Below the pieces are notes generated by a model, which ran no database searches, was not told where the DNA came from, and saw only the letters and a program-made list of their open reading frames with translations. DNA of 64,000 bases. Origin: a virus. Each line of letters starts with the position of its first letter. Position 1 is the first letter of the stretch. Position numbers and translations under genes: made by a program. The DNA is taken from the IMG/VR virus record IMGVR_UViG_3300045988_120811, positions 1 through 64,000 of that record. One strand, written 5' to 3'. Shown piece after piece: positions 20,041 to 29,326 of this stretch.

Positions 20041-21142
20041 GATAGATATAAGAAGGATATTCAAGACCTCTAAACAGGTTATGGAAGAGGCGTATGAGAA
20101 TATCTTGAAATACAGGCGGGGAGAGCTTATCCCCGCTAAAACCGGATACGATTATATTGATGAGGCTTTGCTTGGAGGTATTTTCCCTCAGCACGCTATT
20201 GCCATAGGAGCCCGGCCATCTGTAGGTAAATCGTATGTGGCCCAAAAGATATTGGAAAATGTGATGAATCCGATGATCAACCCGCAAGCAGAAGATTATT
20301 TTCTTGTCAATTGCGAGTTCGAAATGAATCCTCAAGATCTTCTTCTTCGCAGAATGAGCCAGGATATGAAAAAGCGGGCTCCTGAAATATTAAGAAGGCA
20401 AGATTCTAATACAGTAGAAGAGATGAGGATGTTTGAAATCCTTCAAGGTGAAATCAGGAATAATATAATATACATCGATGCTCCGTGTACGGTAAAAGAG
20501 TTTGAGGCGGCTGTGTATCATATAGCTACCAAGCACAAAGACAAACGTCTTATAATATTTAAAGTCGATCATATTGCTTTGATAAAAAGAATGGGATTAG
20601 ATCCTAAGTCGGCTATAGATGATTTGGTGGCGGTTATGAACGAAGCTAAATTAGTATATAAAAACATATTTTTCCTCATCATATCCCAATTCAACAGAGA
20701 AATAGAAGGAAGGATAAAAAGCCCACAAGAGCAGCCTCCGCGTCTTTCTGATTTTTACCAGTCTGATACGCTGGGTCAGTTATGTACGTTAATGATAGGC
20801 TTGCACAATCCTCGTAGGTACGGGCTGGATAAGTATATGATATTTGGGAAAGATTGGTATCAGACTCTTGATAGGTTTAAAACTGAAAACAAAACATCAT
20901 TCAGGACAGCCGGACTGGTGTTTCATCATATACTGAAGGTAAGGCAAGTTAGTATGGAAGAGCTTACTAATACAATCCACCCAGAGATACTGCCGGGACA
21001 TGGATGGATGTACGGGGAGGGAGGGACGAAGTTCGTGAACCCCAACCAGCCGCCGACGCCGCCCAAGCTCTATACTGTGGAAGATGTTACGGACAATCAG
21101 GAACAAGAACAAGAGACAAGAGAAGAACAGTCATTGTATTAA
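20009..21142 (+). CDS. DnaB-like replicative helicase ATPase (RecA fold), 377 aa
   Basis: Walker A AIGARPSVGKSYVA matches the DnaB-family GARPSMGKT signature; IIFKVDHIALI Walker-B-like; lacks the DnaB N-terminal domain. Confidence 0.55.
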   Translation: MTKMQEEIANRIDIRRIFKTSKQVMEEAYENILKYRRGELIPAKTGYDYIDEALLGGIFPQHAIAIGARPSVGKSYVAQKILENVMNPMINPQAEDYFLVNCEFEMNPQDLLLRRMSQDMKKRAPEILRRQDSNTVEEMRMFEILQGEIRNNIIYIDAPCTVKEFEAAVYHIATKHKDKRLIIFKVDHIALIKRMGLDPKSAIDDLVAVMNEAKLVYKNIFFLIISQFNREIEGRIKSPQEQPPRLSDFYQSDTLGQLCTLMIGLHNPRRYGLDKYMIFGKDWYQTLDRFKTENKTSFRTAGLVFHHILKVRQVSMEELTNTIHPEILPGHGWMYGEGGTKFVNPNQPPTPPKLYTVEDVTDNQEQEQETREEQSLY

Positions 21143-21157
21143 AAAAAAATAAGAACC

Positions 21158-21760
21158 ATGAGACTAACAGTAGAAGAAAACGAATACCTGATAAGTAAGT
21201 TCCTTTTGGTTCTTACTGAGTTTGCAGGAGATGAAAGAGAGATGTTTTTAATCAACTCCATACATGATAAGGCGGTGGCGGATATGAATTATCGTCTTCC
21301 GTCTTTAATAAGCAGAGAACGTAAAAGACGAGTCATTGAGCTCCTTAAAGAAGGAACCAGAATAATCAAGGACTTTTCCGGATATGCAGGTGATATGGGT
21401 ATGATTAACGAATACGATCGTTTAAAGAAAGAAATAGGAACCGTCCAAGACCAGCTTGGTGACGTAGAAGGTCAACTTCGGGCAGCAGGAGAAGTTATTA
21501 AAAAAGAACTTGATATGATTGCTGACCGAATCAAAGAAGACCTCCTCGACCGAGAACTGGCTAAAAGTAATGCCGAGGCCGAAAGAAAAGCCAAAGTAGA
21601 TCCGAGATACGAAGTAGCTTTAGGTGATTACAAGGAGATGCTGGAAGTGATTTTTACAACCAGAAACAAGTATTCTACGGTAGATTCTGTACATGACGAT
21701 CTTCGACAGTCGGTATCTACCGGTAGAAATTCGATTATTAAAGAAGGGTACAACAGTTAA
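21158..21760 (+). CDS. hypothetical coiled-coil protein (200 aa)
   Basis: ORF with heptad-like charged segments. Confidence 0.55.
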   Translation: MRLTVEENEYLISKFLLVLTEFAGDEREMFLINSIHDKAVADMNYRLPSLISRERKRRVIELLKEGTRIIKDFSGYAGDMGMINEYDRLKKEIGTVQDQLGDVEGQLRAAGEVIKKELDMIADRIKEDLLDRELAKSNAEAERKAKVDPRYEVALGDYKEMLEVIFTTRNKYSTVDSVHDDLRQSVSTGRNSIIKEGYNS

Positions 21761-21775
21761 AAACAAGGAGGGAAT

Positions 21776-21973
21776 ATGGAAAAGAAGGAATTTAAAGTAG
21801 GAGAAGTATTTACTGCCGGACTTGTAAGATTAAAATGTGTGGAAGGTGATAAATGCGATAGGTGTATATTCGAAGATTACGATTCTTGTTCATGTACAGA
21901 CATAATTATTGGTCCATGTGGACATGTTGATAGACAAGATAACAAGAATGTTATTTTTATTAAAGCTGATTAA
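21776..21973 (+). CDS. small Cys-containing protein (65 aa)
   Basis: ORF preceded by AAGGAGGG. Confidence 0.45.
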   Translation: MEKKEFKVGEVFTAGLVRLKCVEGDKCDRCIFEDYDSCSCTDIIIGPCGHVDRQDNKNVIFIKAD

Positions 21974-21975
21974 GA

Positions 21976-22689
21976 ATGTACATCAATTTCAGACAACTTG
22001 CAGCATCAGACATGACTCCTAATGATCTTGTCAATCTTCTTGCCATAAGACAGAAGGATTCGGTTATGATCGAAGCCATGCCGGAAGAAGATGCTGGGAG
22101 GTATATAGAGCTTGGCCTGGTTGAGAAATTAAAATCAGGCGTGATGAGATTGACCAACAAGGGAACGTTTTTTGTGAATTATATAGAGACACCGGAAATG
22201 ACAGACGAGGTTCTGGAAACGTTGAAGATTATGATAGGAATGTACGAATCATATTCAAAAGACATAGGTGTCAGCAGAAAAGAAGCAGAATCCAGATTGT
22301 GTTGGTTTATGGGTAACACCTCATTCAAGAAAGAGGTCATACTTCAGGTAACGGAATCTTATATAGCAGAGTCAGGAGATTATACAATGAGCTTATGTAA
22401 CTTCATATGGAAACCACCTTCTCAAGCTTTTTCAGTTCATATGAACCTTAAAAATTCAAAGCTCTTTGACTTAATAGCTGAAAAATTTAAGATCGCTACC
22501 GAGCCTTATTTGGAGCCTAAGAAGAATAAGGAAATGGATTGGTTGTTTGCCGTATCTAAATTGCCTACGCCGCCGGCTAAAGGCAATCCGGATTATTTAT
22601 TTACCGGAAGTTCTGAAACAGACAAAGAGAGATTGAAAAACATAAAAACATACTTATTTAACAAAATTAGAAAGCAATGGAAAAAGTAA
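21976..22689 (+). CDS. hypothetical protein (237 aa)
   Basis: ORF. Confidence 0.6.
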   Translation: MYINFRQLAASDMTPNDLVNLLAIRQKDSVMIEAMPEEDAGRYIELGLVEKLKSGVMRLTNKGTFFVNYIETPEMTDEVLETLKIMIGMYESYSKDIGVSRKEAESRLCWFMGNTSFKKEVILQVTESYIAESGDYTMSLCNFIWKPPSQAFSVHMNLKNSKLFDLIAEKFKIATEPYLEPKKNKEMDWLFAVSKLPTPPAKGNPDYLFTGSSETDKERLKNIKTYLFNKIRKQWKK

Positions 22690-22928
22690 GAATCAGAAAG
22701 ATAATAGAGGATATAATTATTACTCAGTTTCTTAATTCGGAAATAGATATAGTTCATGAAGAAGATGTGTCGTTTAAAGAACTTGGATTAGATTCTGTTG
22801 ATCGGATTGAGCTTGATGTGATGGTGGAACAAAAATTCAATATTGTTATTATTGATTATGATATGGAGACCATCAAAGATATGACTGATCTTGTTTACAA
22901 AATAATAACAGAAGGGTATGGGAAGTGA
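22677..22928 (+). CDS. acyl-carrier-protein-like small protein (83 aa)
   Basis: FKELGLDSVDRIELDVMVEQKF matches the ACP phosphopantetheine-attachment motif (LGxDSLD...E), acidic 4-helix-like composition. Confidence 0.45.
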   Translation: MEKVRIRKIIEDIIITQFLNSEIDIVHEEDVSFKELGLDSVDRIELDVMVEQKFNIVIIDYDMETIKDMTDLVYKIITEGYGK

Positions 22929-23412
22929 TATAATTTTATGCATGGCTTTAATAGCGTCATTTGCTTTTGTTATACAGTTTTTGTTGTCGATATTAGGATC
23001 TGATCTGGATACGGATATTGACATTAACAGCGCTTCTGATTTAAGCATGTCTTTGTCGGACATCATATCATTCAAGGGCATAACACATTTTATTCTTGGA
23101 TATAGCTGGACCACATACTTTTCGGGTTCCCATTTAGTAGGGATCGTAATAGGGTCGTTTTTCTTTATCGTTTTGTTTTATGTATATAAGTTACTTTTTA
23201 AGTTAAAGCAAGAAATGGTGTACGAATGTCCGGAAGATTTAAATGGCAGAGAGGTGGAGATAGTGTTTAGATCAGGGAAGAATCATTATATGGTAAATAT
23301 TTCGAAAAATGGAAGACAAGAGCAAATGAGAGTAAGATGCTTGTCTGGAAAAAATTACAAAAACGGTGACAAGGTGAATATAAAATACGAAGAAGGAGAA
23401 TTAAGCATCTAA
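22918..23412 (+). CDS. NfeD-like membrane protein (short form, YuaF-like), 164 aa
   Basis: N-terminal hydrophobic helices followed by a C-terminal beta-rich OB-like segment (GREVEIVFRSGKNHYMVNI...GDKVNIKYEEGELSI); immediately upstream of a flotillin gene as in yuaF-floT operons. Confidence 0.55.
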   Translation: MGSDIILCMALIASFAFVIQFLLSILGSDLDTDIDINSASDLSMSLSDIISFKGITHFILGYSWTTYFSGSHLVGIVIGSFFFIVLFYVYKLLFKLKQEMVYECPEDLNGREVEIVFRSGKNHYMVNISKNGRQEQMRVRCLSGKNYKNGDKVNIKYEEGELSI

Positions 23413-23445
23413 TTTTTTTTTATCAACAATTAAATTTTAAAAGTT

Positions 23446-25146
23446 ATGACAACAATCATGTACGTGTCAGCTATTTTAGTTGTAGTGATTATTTTGACAA
23501 TCATCGGAGTCTTATCAAGGTATCGTAGATGTAAGCCTAACCAAGTCTTGGTCGTTTATGGTAAGACAGGTGGGGGAAAGAAATCGGCGAAATTATATCA
23601 TGGTGGAGCGGCATTCGTCTTGCCTATTATTCAAAGCTATGATATTTTGTCTATGGAGCCTATGCAAATAGATTGTAGGCTCACCGGTGCTTTGTCGTCT
23701 CAAAATATCAGAGTGGATGTACCTACTACTATTACAGTAGCAATCAGCACAAATCCTGAAATTATGCAGAATGCAGCAGAAAGGCTTTTGGGGATGGATA
23801 CTGAATCTACTGAAAATCTTATTACGGATATTGTTTATGGCCAAATGCGTTTGATCATTGCTGAAATGACGATTGAAAAACTTAATTCTGACAGGGATGA
23901 GTTTTTGGATAAGGCAAGAAAAAACATTGATAACGAACTTAATAAGTTAGGCCTTTACCTCCTAAATATCAACATCAGTGACATCAGAGACGAAGCCGGC
24001 TATATCATGAATCTTGGCAAAGAAGCTGAAAGTAAGGCCCTGAACGAAGCACAGGCTAATATCGAAGAACAGGAAAAGCTGGGTGCTATTAAGATTGCTG
24101 TACAGCAAAAGGAAAAAGAAACGGCTGTAGCTAATACCCAAAAAGAGCAAGAGATTCAAATTGCCTATACTGAAAAAGAAAAGGAAACGGTAGTAGCTGA
24201 AACAAAGAAAGAAAAAGAAGTAGCTTTGGCTTTAACCGATAAAGAAAAACAGATCGGTGTAGCTCAAGCCGATAGAGATAGGGCTGCGGTTATTGCAAAG
24301 ACTTTGGCTGATAAGGAATCAGCGATCGCAAGATCTAAGGCAGAACTTGAGGTAAACAAAGCTGAAGCTGAAAGAATGGAAGAAGTCGGAAAGAATAAGG
24401 CTGAGGCTGATAAACAAGCAGCTATAGCAATCCAAGATTCCGAAGCTCAGATCAAGAAAGCTGAAGCTGAGAAAAACGCATCTGTGGGTTATAACAATGC
24501 CCAGAAAGAGGTTGCTATATCAGAATCAGAATTACAGGTTATCAAAGCTCAATCAGAAAAGAAGGCTGGAGAAGAGAGGGTTAAGTCGGAAGCGGCTGTA
24601 AAAACGGCAAAAGAGCTTGCTGATAAAGAAGTGGAAGAAGCTAAAGCTAAGAAGGTTCAAGCTGCGCTTAAAGCTGAAAAGATTGTGCTGGCTGAAATCC
24701 AGAAGCAAGAAGCTATTTTGCAAGCTGATGCTGAAGCAGAAAAGATTAAACGCCGGGCTGCCGCTGAAGCAGCAGCCAATTTGGCAAAAGCAGAAGCCGA
24801 AGCAAAGGCTATTAAGATGAAGTTGGAAGCAGAAGCCGAAGGTAAGAAAAAGTCGTTGATGGCAGAAGCCGACGGATTTAAGGCTATGGTGGAAGCGGCA
24901 GAATCCAATCCTCAGATAGCCATCCAGTACAAGATGGTTAATCAGTGGAAAGAAATTGCTGGAGAACAGGTTAAGGCATTTGAGCACATTAACCTCGGAA
25001 ATATCACGGTATTTGACGGCGGTCAGAACAGTACCGGTAATTTCCTTAACAATGTTGTTAAGACCGTCGCTCCGGCATTGGGAGTCATTGATCAGCTTCC
25101 GATTGCAGATACTTTAAAGAAGCTAAAAGGAGATGACAAAAAATAA
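23446..25146 (+). CDS. flotillin-like SPFH/band-7 protein (FloT/YuaG-like), 566 aa
   Basis: N-terminal TM helix; GGAAFVLPIIQ, DIRDEAGYIMNLGKEAES and ITVFDGG segments align with Bacillus FloT; long EA-rich coiled-coil (flotillin domain). Confidence 0.85.
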   Translation: MTTIMYVSAILVVVIILTIIGVLSRYRRCKPNQVLVVYGKTGGGKKSAKLYHGGAAFVLPIIQSYDILSMEPMQIDCRLTGALSSQNIRVDVPTTITVAISTNPEIMQNAAERLLGMDTESTENLITDIVYGQMRLIIAEMTIEKLNSDRDEFLDKARKNIDNELNKLGLYLLNINISDIRDEAGYIMNLGKEAESKALNEAQANIEEQEKLGAIKIAVQQKEKETAVANTQKEQEIQIAYTEKEKETVVAETKKEKEVALALTDKEKQIGVAQADRDRAAVIAKTLADKESAIARSKAELEVNKAEAERMEEVGKNKAEADKQAAIAIQDSEAQIKKAEAEKNASVGYNNAQKEVAISESELQVIKAQSEKKAGEERVKSEAAVKTAKELADKEVEEAKAKKVQAALKAEKIVLAEIQKQEAILQADAEAEKIKRRAAAEAAANLAKAEAEAKAIKMKLEAEAEGKKKSLMAEADGFKAMVEAAESNPQIAIQYKMVNQWKEIAGEQVKAFEHINLGNITVFDGGQNSTGNFLNNVVKTVAPALGVIDQLPIADTLKKLKGDDKK

Positions 25147-25154
25147 ATACAATG

Positions 25155-25178
25155 GCCCAAGGTTACACTTGGGCCTAA
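25155..25178 (+). terminator. hairpin downstream of flotillin gene (no T-run)
   Basis: perfect 8-bp stem ggcccaag...cttgggcc directly after the stop codon. Confidence 0.3.
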
Positions 25179-25309
25179 TTGAAGAAATAAAAGCAGCATT
25201 TATAGATTTCATGCCAGCAGGAATAGTGATTTTTAGTGCTTTATTGATTAATATATTTTTAATATGGATTTTGGACAAGATTTAGAACCAGAAGAACTGA
25301 CCAAGCATT

Positions 25310-25669
25310 ATGATCAGTGTTATGGAATTGATTTTGAAACAGAAGAAGAGGAGGATGAAGAGTATGACTGATGAGGAATTTGTATTGGATAATAAGAAAA
25401 AGGTTATTGTAAGAAAAAGAATATCTTATTTAAACAAAGGTGATAAAGTATGGATCGTGTCTTCCGACGGGTATCTGCTACACACGGACGTAGTTAGAGC
25501 CGAACGCGGTAGATCTTATGTGGATATAGACGGGATTCTGTATTGGAAGCGAGGATTAGATGGCAAGCATCGTAATCGTAATAACTACATGCAGTTTGCC
25601 ATGACACCAGAAGACGGTAAGAAGTATGTCGTATATTACCCGGAAGGATTTAAAGACAATGACTTATGA
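25310..25669 (+). CDS. hypothetical protein (119 aa)
   Basis: ORF; ATGA coupling to next gene. Confidence 0.5.
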   Translation: MISVMELILKQKKRRMKSMTDEEFVLDNKKKVIVRKRISYLNKGDKVWIVSSDGYLLHTDVVRAERGRSYVDIDGILYWKRGLDGKHRNRNNYMQFAMTPEDGKKYVVYYPEGFKDNDL

Positions 25670-26685
25670 TGGTCCCGGAAACGCATTTGCTATATAAGGA
25701 GTTTAATGGTGTGAAACGTCTTGCCATATCTTATTCCCAGATAGATACGTTTCTTACCTGTCCAATGAAATGGTATAAGACTTACGTGGAGGGCAAAAGG
25801 TCTACGGAAAAACAAGAAGCTACATCCTATGGTACGGTTATCCATAAGACACTGGAATACTTCTTTAAGAACGGAAGACAGCCTTCTGGTAAAGACCTTG
25901 GAGAAGCAATAAGTTACTATGCTTACCAGGAGGACATACCTTGGCAATCACCGGAAAATATGGTGATGGCCATGAAGCAATCTGGGGAACTTCTTGCTTG
26001 GATTGTGGATCTGTTCAAAAAAGACGGCAATAGGTTTATGATAGCTGATAGTGATCTTAATCCCTGCGAGAAACTTATCAGACACGGCGCCATAGTTGGA
26101 GTCGAAGAAGATTTTGTGCTGCCGTACCGTCTTCCTAAGCCTGTTGATATAAATGGGACCGTTCATACTCATGTGTACATAGTAGGATCGGTAGACCTTC
26201 ATCTGGCTATAAAAAGCAAGAACGTAGTTCACCATTATGTCATAGATTGGAAATCCGGTAATAAGGTTTTTGACTCTAAGAAGTTGGAAACAAATTTACA
26301 GCATCCTATATATTCATTTTACATCTATAGAAGATATGGCGGAGTTCTGCCAGATATGAACATCTATTTCTTTACCAGGACCAGACAGTACCAAAAGGTT
26401 AAGGTAGATGAGGAACGTAAAACAAAATCTATAGAGATGCTAAATGACACTTTGTCTAAAATGTATGATTTTGAAGATAATAGTGTAAAAGCATTTCAAG
26501 CATACATCCAGGGAGCAGAAGGAACCAGGTATAGCAAGAGGCGTGCCACCCTAAGCCAGCCTGTTTCGCAAAACAAGCTACCCTGCCCGTCAGCACTGTG
26601 TTATTATTGTGACTTTGGATTACATAACAAAAACGAATGCCCTTTCTCTTCGGATTGGGATCCGTCTAAAAAGATAAAACGATGA
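25666..26685 (+). CDS. Cas4/RecB-like PD-(D/E)xK nuclease with Fe-S-type cysteines, 339 aa
   Basis: N-terminal YSQIDTFLTCPMKWYK; motifs GSVDLHL, YVIDWKSGNK (iDyKtG) and LQHPIYSFY (QxxxY); C-terminal CPSALCYYCDF...C gives the 1+3 Cys pattern of Cas4-like nucleases. Confidence 0.6.
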   Translation: MMVPETHLLYKEFNGVKRLAISYSQIDTFLTCPMKWYKTYVEGKRSTEKQEATSYGTVIHKTLEYFFKNGRQPSGKDLGEAISYYAYQEDIPWQSPENMVMAMKQSGELLAWIVDLFKKDGNRFMIADSDLNPCEKLIRHGAIVGVEEDFVLPYRLPKPVDINGTVHTHVYIVGSVDLHLAIKSKNVVHHYVIDWKSGNKVFDSKKLETNLQHPIYSFYIYRRYGGVLPDMNIYFFTRTRQYQKVKVDEERKTKSIEMLNDTLSKMYDFEDNSVKAFQAYIQGAEGTRYSKRRATLSQPVSQNKLPCPSALCYYCDFGLHNKNECPFSSDWDPSKKIKR

Positions 26686-26855
26686 AATACGAGGACGTTC
26701 AAAAGTTAAGAACAAAATACCGGCAAGATCCGGAAGTTATAAACGTAGAATACATGAGAGACGTTGCTGTAAGATGTGGGAATTTCAAGAAAGCATTTGA
26801 ACTTCAGGAGAAGCTGGAGGATATATGGTTTAACTACTTAAAGGGAGTCCAATGA
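26682..26855 (+). CDS. possible small protein (57 aa) missed by ORF-track threshold
   Basis: ATG...TGA frame with ATGA overlaps at both ends, coupling it to genes ending 26685 and starting 26852. Confidence 0.4.
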   Translation: MKYEDVQKLRTKYRQDPEVINVEYMRDVAVRCGNFKKAFELQEKLEDIWFNYLKGVQ

Positions 26856-27181
26856 AAGAAGATCTAATATGTGGAGTAGCGATCCTTTTGTATTTAGTTT
26901 TATTATACTTGCTCACGACAGCTTTCATAAAAACAGGTAGAGCAGTAGATCGTTATAAGATGAAGAAGAAAACTGACAAAATCAAAGTAGGTCAAAGATA
27001 CGAACATAAGAACTACTTTGAGGATCCATTTGAAAGAGGCAAGCATGTGATTAAGATATTAGACATAAAAGAAGGGTACGTTCTATATGAGTACGAAGAA
27101 AAACCATATATACGTTCTTCTGTGAGTCTTGAAGATATTGTTAAAAAATACATTTTAATTACTGATGTTAAACACAAGTAA
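26852..27181 (+). CDS. small membrane protein (109 aa)
   Basis: N-terminal hydrophobic helix ICGVAILLYLVLLYLLTTAFI. Confidence 0.5.
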   Translation: MKEDLICGVAILLYLVLLYLLTTAFIKTGRAVDRYKMKKKTDKIKVGQRYEHKNYFEDPFERGKHVIKILDIKEGYVLYEYEEKPYIRSSVSLEDIVKKYILITDVKHK

Positions 27182-27184
27182 GTC

Positions 27185-27562
27185 ATGAAAAAAGAAGTCA
27201 CAATCAAGGAAGATATGGCTGTGTTTTATAAAAATACAGGAAAAGAACTATGGATTTATAACGGACTTTTCAGAAACAAGGTGTTGTCTATAAAAAAAGA
27301 TAAAGCCATTATCATGTGTGAAACTGATGCTGAATATGCTGTACTGATAGAAGATAATCAGTTTATTGCCGTAGCAAAAAACATGGATTATGATTACTGC
27401 TGCGCATTCACATTAGGTAATGCCGAGGCTTATGGGGATCGTATGGGCATATCGTGCAGTGTATGCCTGCTTGAAGATAACGAAGATAAAGCAAGGGAGA
27501 TGTTGAAAGAGGCGATAATAGAACTTTCAAAAAACAGTAAAATAGATTGCGATGGGCTTTGA
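27185..27562 (+). CDS. hypothetical protein (125 aa)
   Basis: ORF. Confidence 0.5.
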   Translation: MKKEVTIKEDMAVFYKNTGKELWIYNGLFRNKVLSIKKDKAIIMCETDAEYAVLIEDNQFIAVAKNMDYDYCCAFTLGNAEAYGDRMGISCSVCLLEDNEDKAREMLKEAIIELSKNSKIDCDGL

Positions 27563-28973
27563 ACTTAGACCTTACCAAAAAGAGGCAGTAGATGCCGGGC
27601 TTAAGTTCCTTACAGGAAGATCTAAGAAGCCTGGCATAATCGTAGCCCCATGCGGATGTGGAAAGAGCCTTCTGATATCCAAGATAGCACATGAAATAAA
27701 TAGACCGACATTAGTATTACAGCCCTCAAAAGAGATTCTGGAGCAGAATTATGCGAAGGCCGTATCATTCGGTTCTGAACCTACTATATATTCTGCTTCA
27801 TGTGGTATAAAGGAGCTGTCGGCTATGACTTATGCAACATTAAAGAGCATAAAGAAAGATGTAGCGAGGTTGAAGGATATAGGGATAGATACCTTATTGA
27901 TAGACGAATGTCATTCAGGATATTCTCCTGAAGAAGGTTCTGAATTTATGGAGTTTATGAACGGGTTTCCAGAGGCGAAGGTGCTGGGCTTCACCGCCAC
28001 TCCCTGCCGCCTCCGAACCTACAGTTCCATGCTGGAAGGAAACTACAGCAAGCTCAATATGCTGACGAAAGACGAGCATAACTTCTTCAAGAAAATAGTT
28101 CATGTGACTCAAATACAAGAACTAACTTCTCAAGGGTTTTGGTGTCCACTTAAGTACGAACGATGGTCGTTTGATGAATCGGCTCTGATGTTAAACAGTA
28201 CCGGAGCCGAATACACCAACGAATCTATTAAAGAAAGTATTGTACGAAACGGCTTAAACAACTCTATCTACAAGCGCCTTCTTCAACTTATGAACGAGCG
28301 TAAAGCCATTTTGATTTGCATGGATTCTATCGAATCATGTAATAGAATATCAGAGTTCATGAATGCCAGGATGGGAGCCATAACCGGTGTCGTAACATCG
28401 CTAACAACCAAAAAGAAAAGAGAGCAAATTATATCAGATTTCAAAGAAGGTAAGTTGAAAGTGGTTTTTAATTATTCAACGCTTGCTACCGGATTTGATT
28501 TTCCTGAACTTGATTGTGTGATGTTTGGGCGACCAACTTTCTCATATTCAACTTATTACCAAATATTAGGCCGCGCCGTCCGCATCCATCCTGACAAGAA
28601 AGAGGCGCTGATAGTTGATTGCTGCGACAACATGAGGCGTTTCGGTCGGATAGAAGACTTGACAATTGAGCAATTCCCTTCTAAGGGCTGGTGTATGTTT
28701 GCCGGCGATCAACTTCTGTCTAATATAAGGATGGGTGATATTATTACCAAAGACGAGATCCTTCGTCGGGCAGCCTCGCTTAAATCTGTGAATGGAGATG
28801 GTAGGAGAGAAGACGATCTTGACAGTATAATAATGTGGTTTGGAAAATATGAAGGAATTAGATTCAAGGACATACCGGTGTCGTATTTTAGGTTCTTGGC
28901 TGAGAATATGGCAGTAAAACCAGGAGACAGGAAAGAAAAGATTATCGAATATTATAATAAGATAAAGGCATGA
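27552..28973 (+). CDS. superfamily-2 DExH helicase (SNF2/DEAD-like), 473 aa
   Basis: LRPYQKEAV (Q-motif-like), APCGCGKS (motif I), LLIDECHS (motif II), FTATP (motif III), QILGRAVR (motif VI). Confidence 0.65.
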   Translation: MGFELRPYQKEAVDAGLKFLTGRSKKPGIIVAPCGCGKSLLISKIAHEINRPTLVLQPSKEILEQNYAKAVSFGSEPTIYSASCGIKELSAMTYATLKSIKKDVARLKDIGIDTLLIDECHSGYSPEEGSEFMEFMNGFPEAKVLGFTATPCRLRTYSSMLEGNYSKLNMLTKDEHNFFKKIVHVTQIQELTSQGFWCPLKYERWSFDESALMLNSTGAEYTNESIKESIVRNGLNNSIYKRLLQLMNERKAILICMDSIESCNRISEFMNARMGAITGVVTSLTTKKKREQIISDFKEGKLKVVFNYSTLATGFDFPELDCVMFGRPTFSYSTYYQILGRAVRIHPDKKEALIVDCCDNMRRFGRIEDLTIEQFPSKGWCMFAGDQLLSNIRMGDIITKDEILRRAASLKSVNGDGRREDDLDSIIMWFGKYEGIRFKDIPVSYFRFLAENMAVKPGDRKEKIIEYYNKIKA

Positions 28974-29326
28974 ACAACAAGAGAAGAAAAAAAATATCGG
29001 ATGTTATTAACAACGTAAATAAGTATAAAACAGATTTTGAATACATCAAATCAAAGTTGTCGGAGTTGAAGCACAACATAAATTCAGCCAAAGATGATGT
29101 TGATATGATTTTAGATGAAGAGACTGAGGCGAGAGATAATATACCGGAATCGTTACAAGACTCAGAAAGATATTGGGAATCAGATCAGGCTGTAACTGAT
29201 ATGGAGGAGGTGGTTGATGACATGGAAAGTATTATAAATGATATAGATGATGTGATTTCAACCATAGATGGGAGCATTAAAACCATAAATGGTTCTATTA
29301 AAGTAAATTTGGAAGGAGTAATATAA
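28970..29326 (+). CDS. acidic hypothetical protein (118 aa)
   Basis: ORF; D/E-rich. Confidence 0.5.
   Translation: MNNKRRKKISDVINNVNKYKTDFEYIKSKLSELKHNINSAKDDVDMILDEETEARDNIPESLQDSERYWESDQAVTDMEEVVDDMESIINDIDDVISTIDGSIKTINGSIKVNLEGVI

Noticed and set aside
24553-24987. Antisense and alternate-frame ORFs within the flotillin coiled-coil region (for example 24553..24987 -, 24617..24820 +)
   Set aside because: The repetitive GCT/GAA codons of the EA-rich repeat generate open frames on both strands; the flotillin frame has clear homology.
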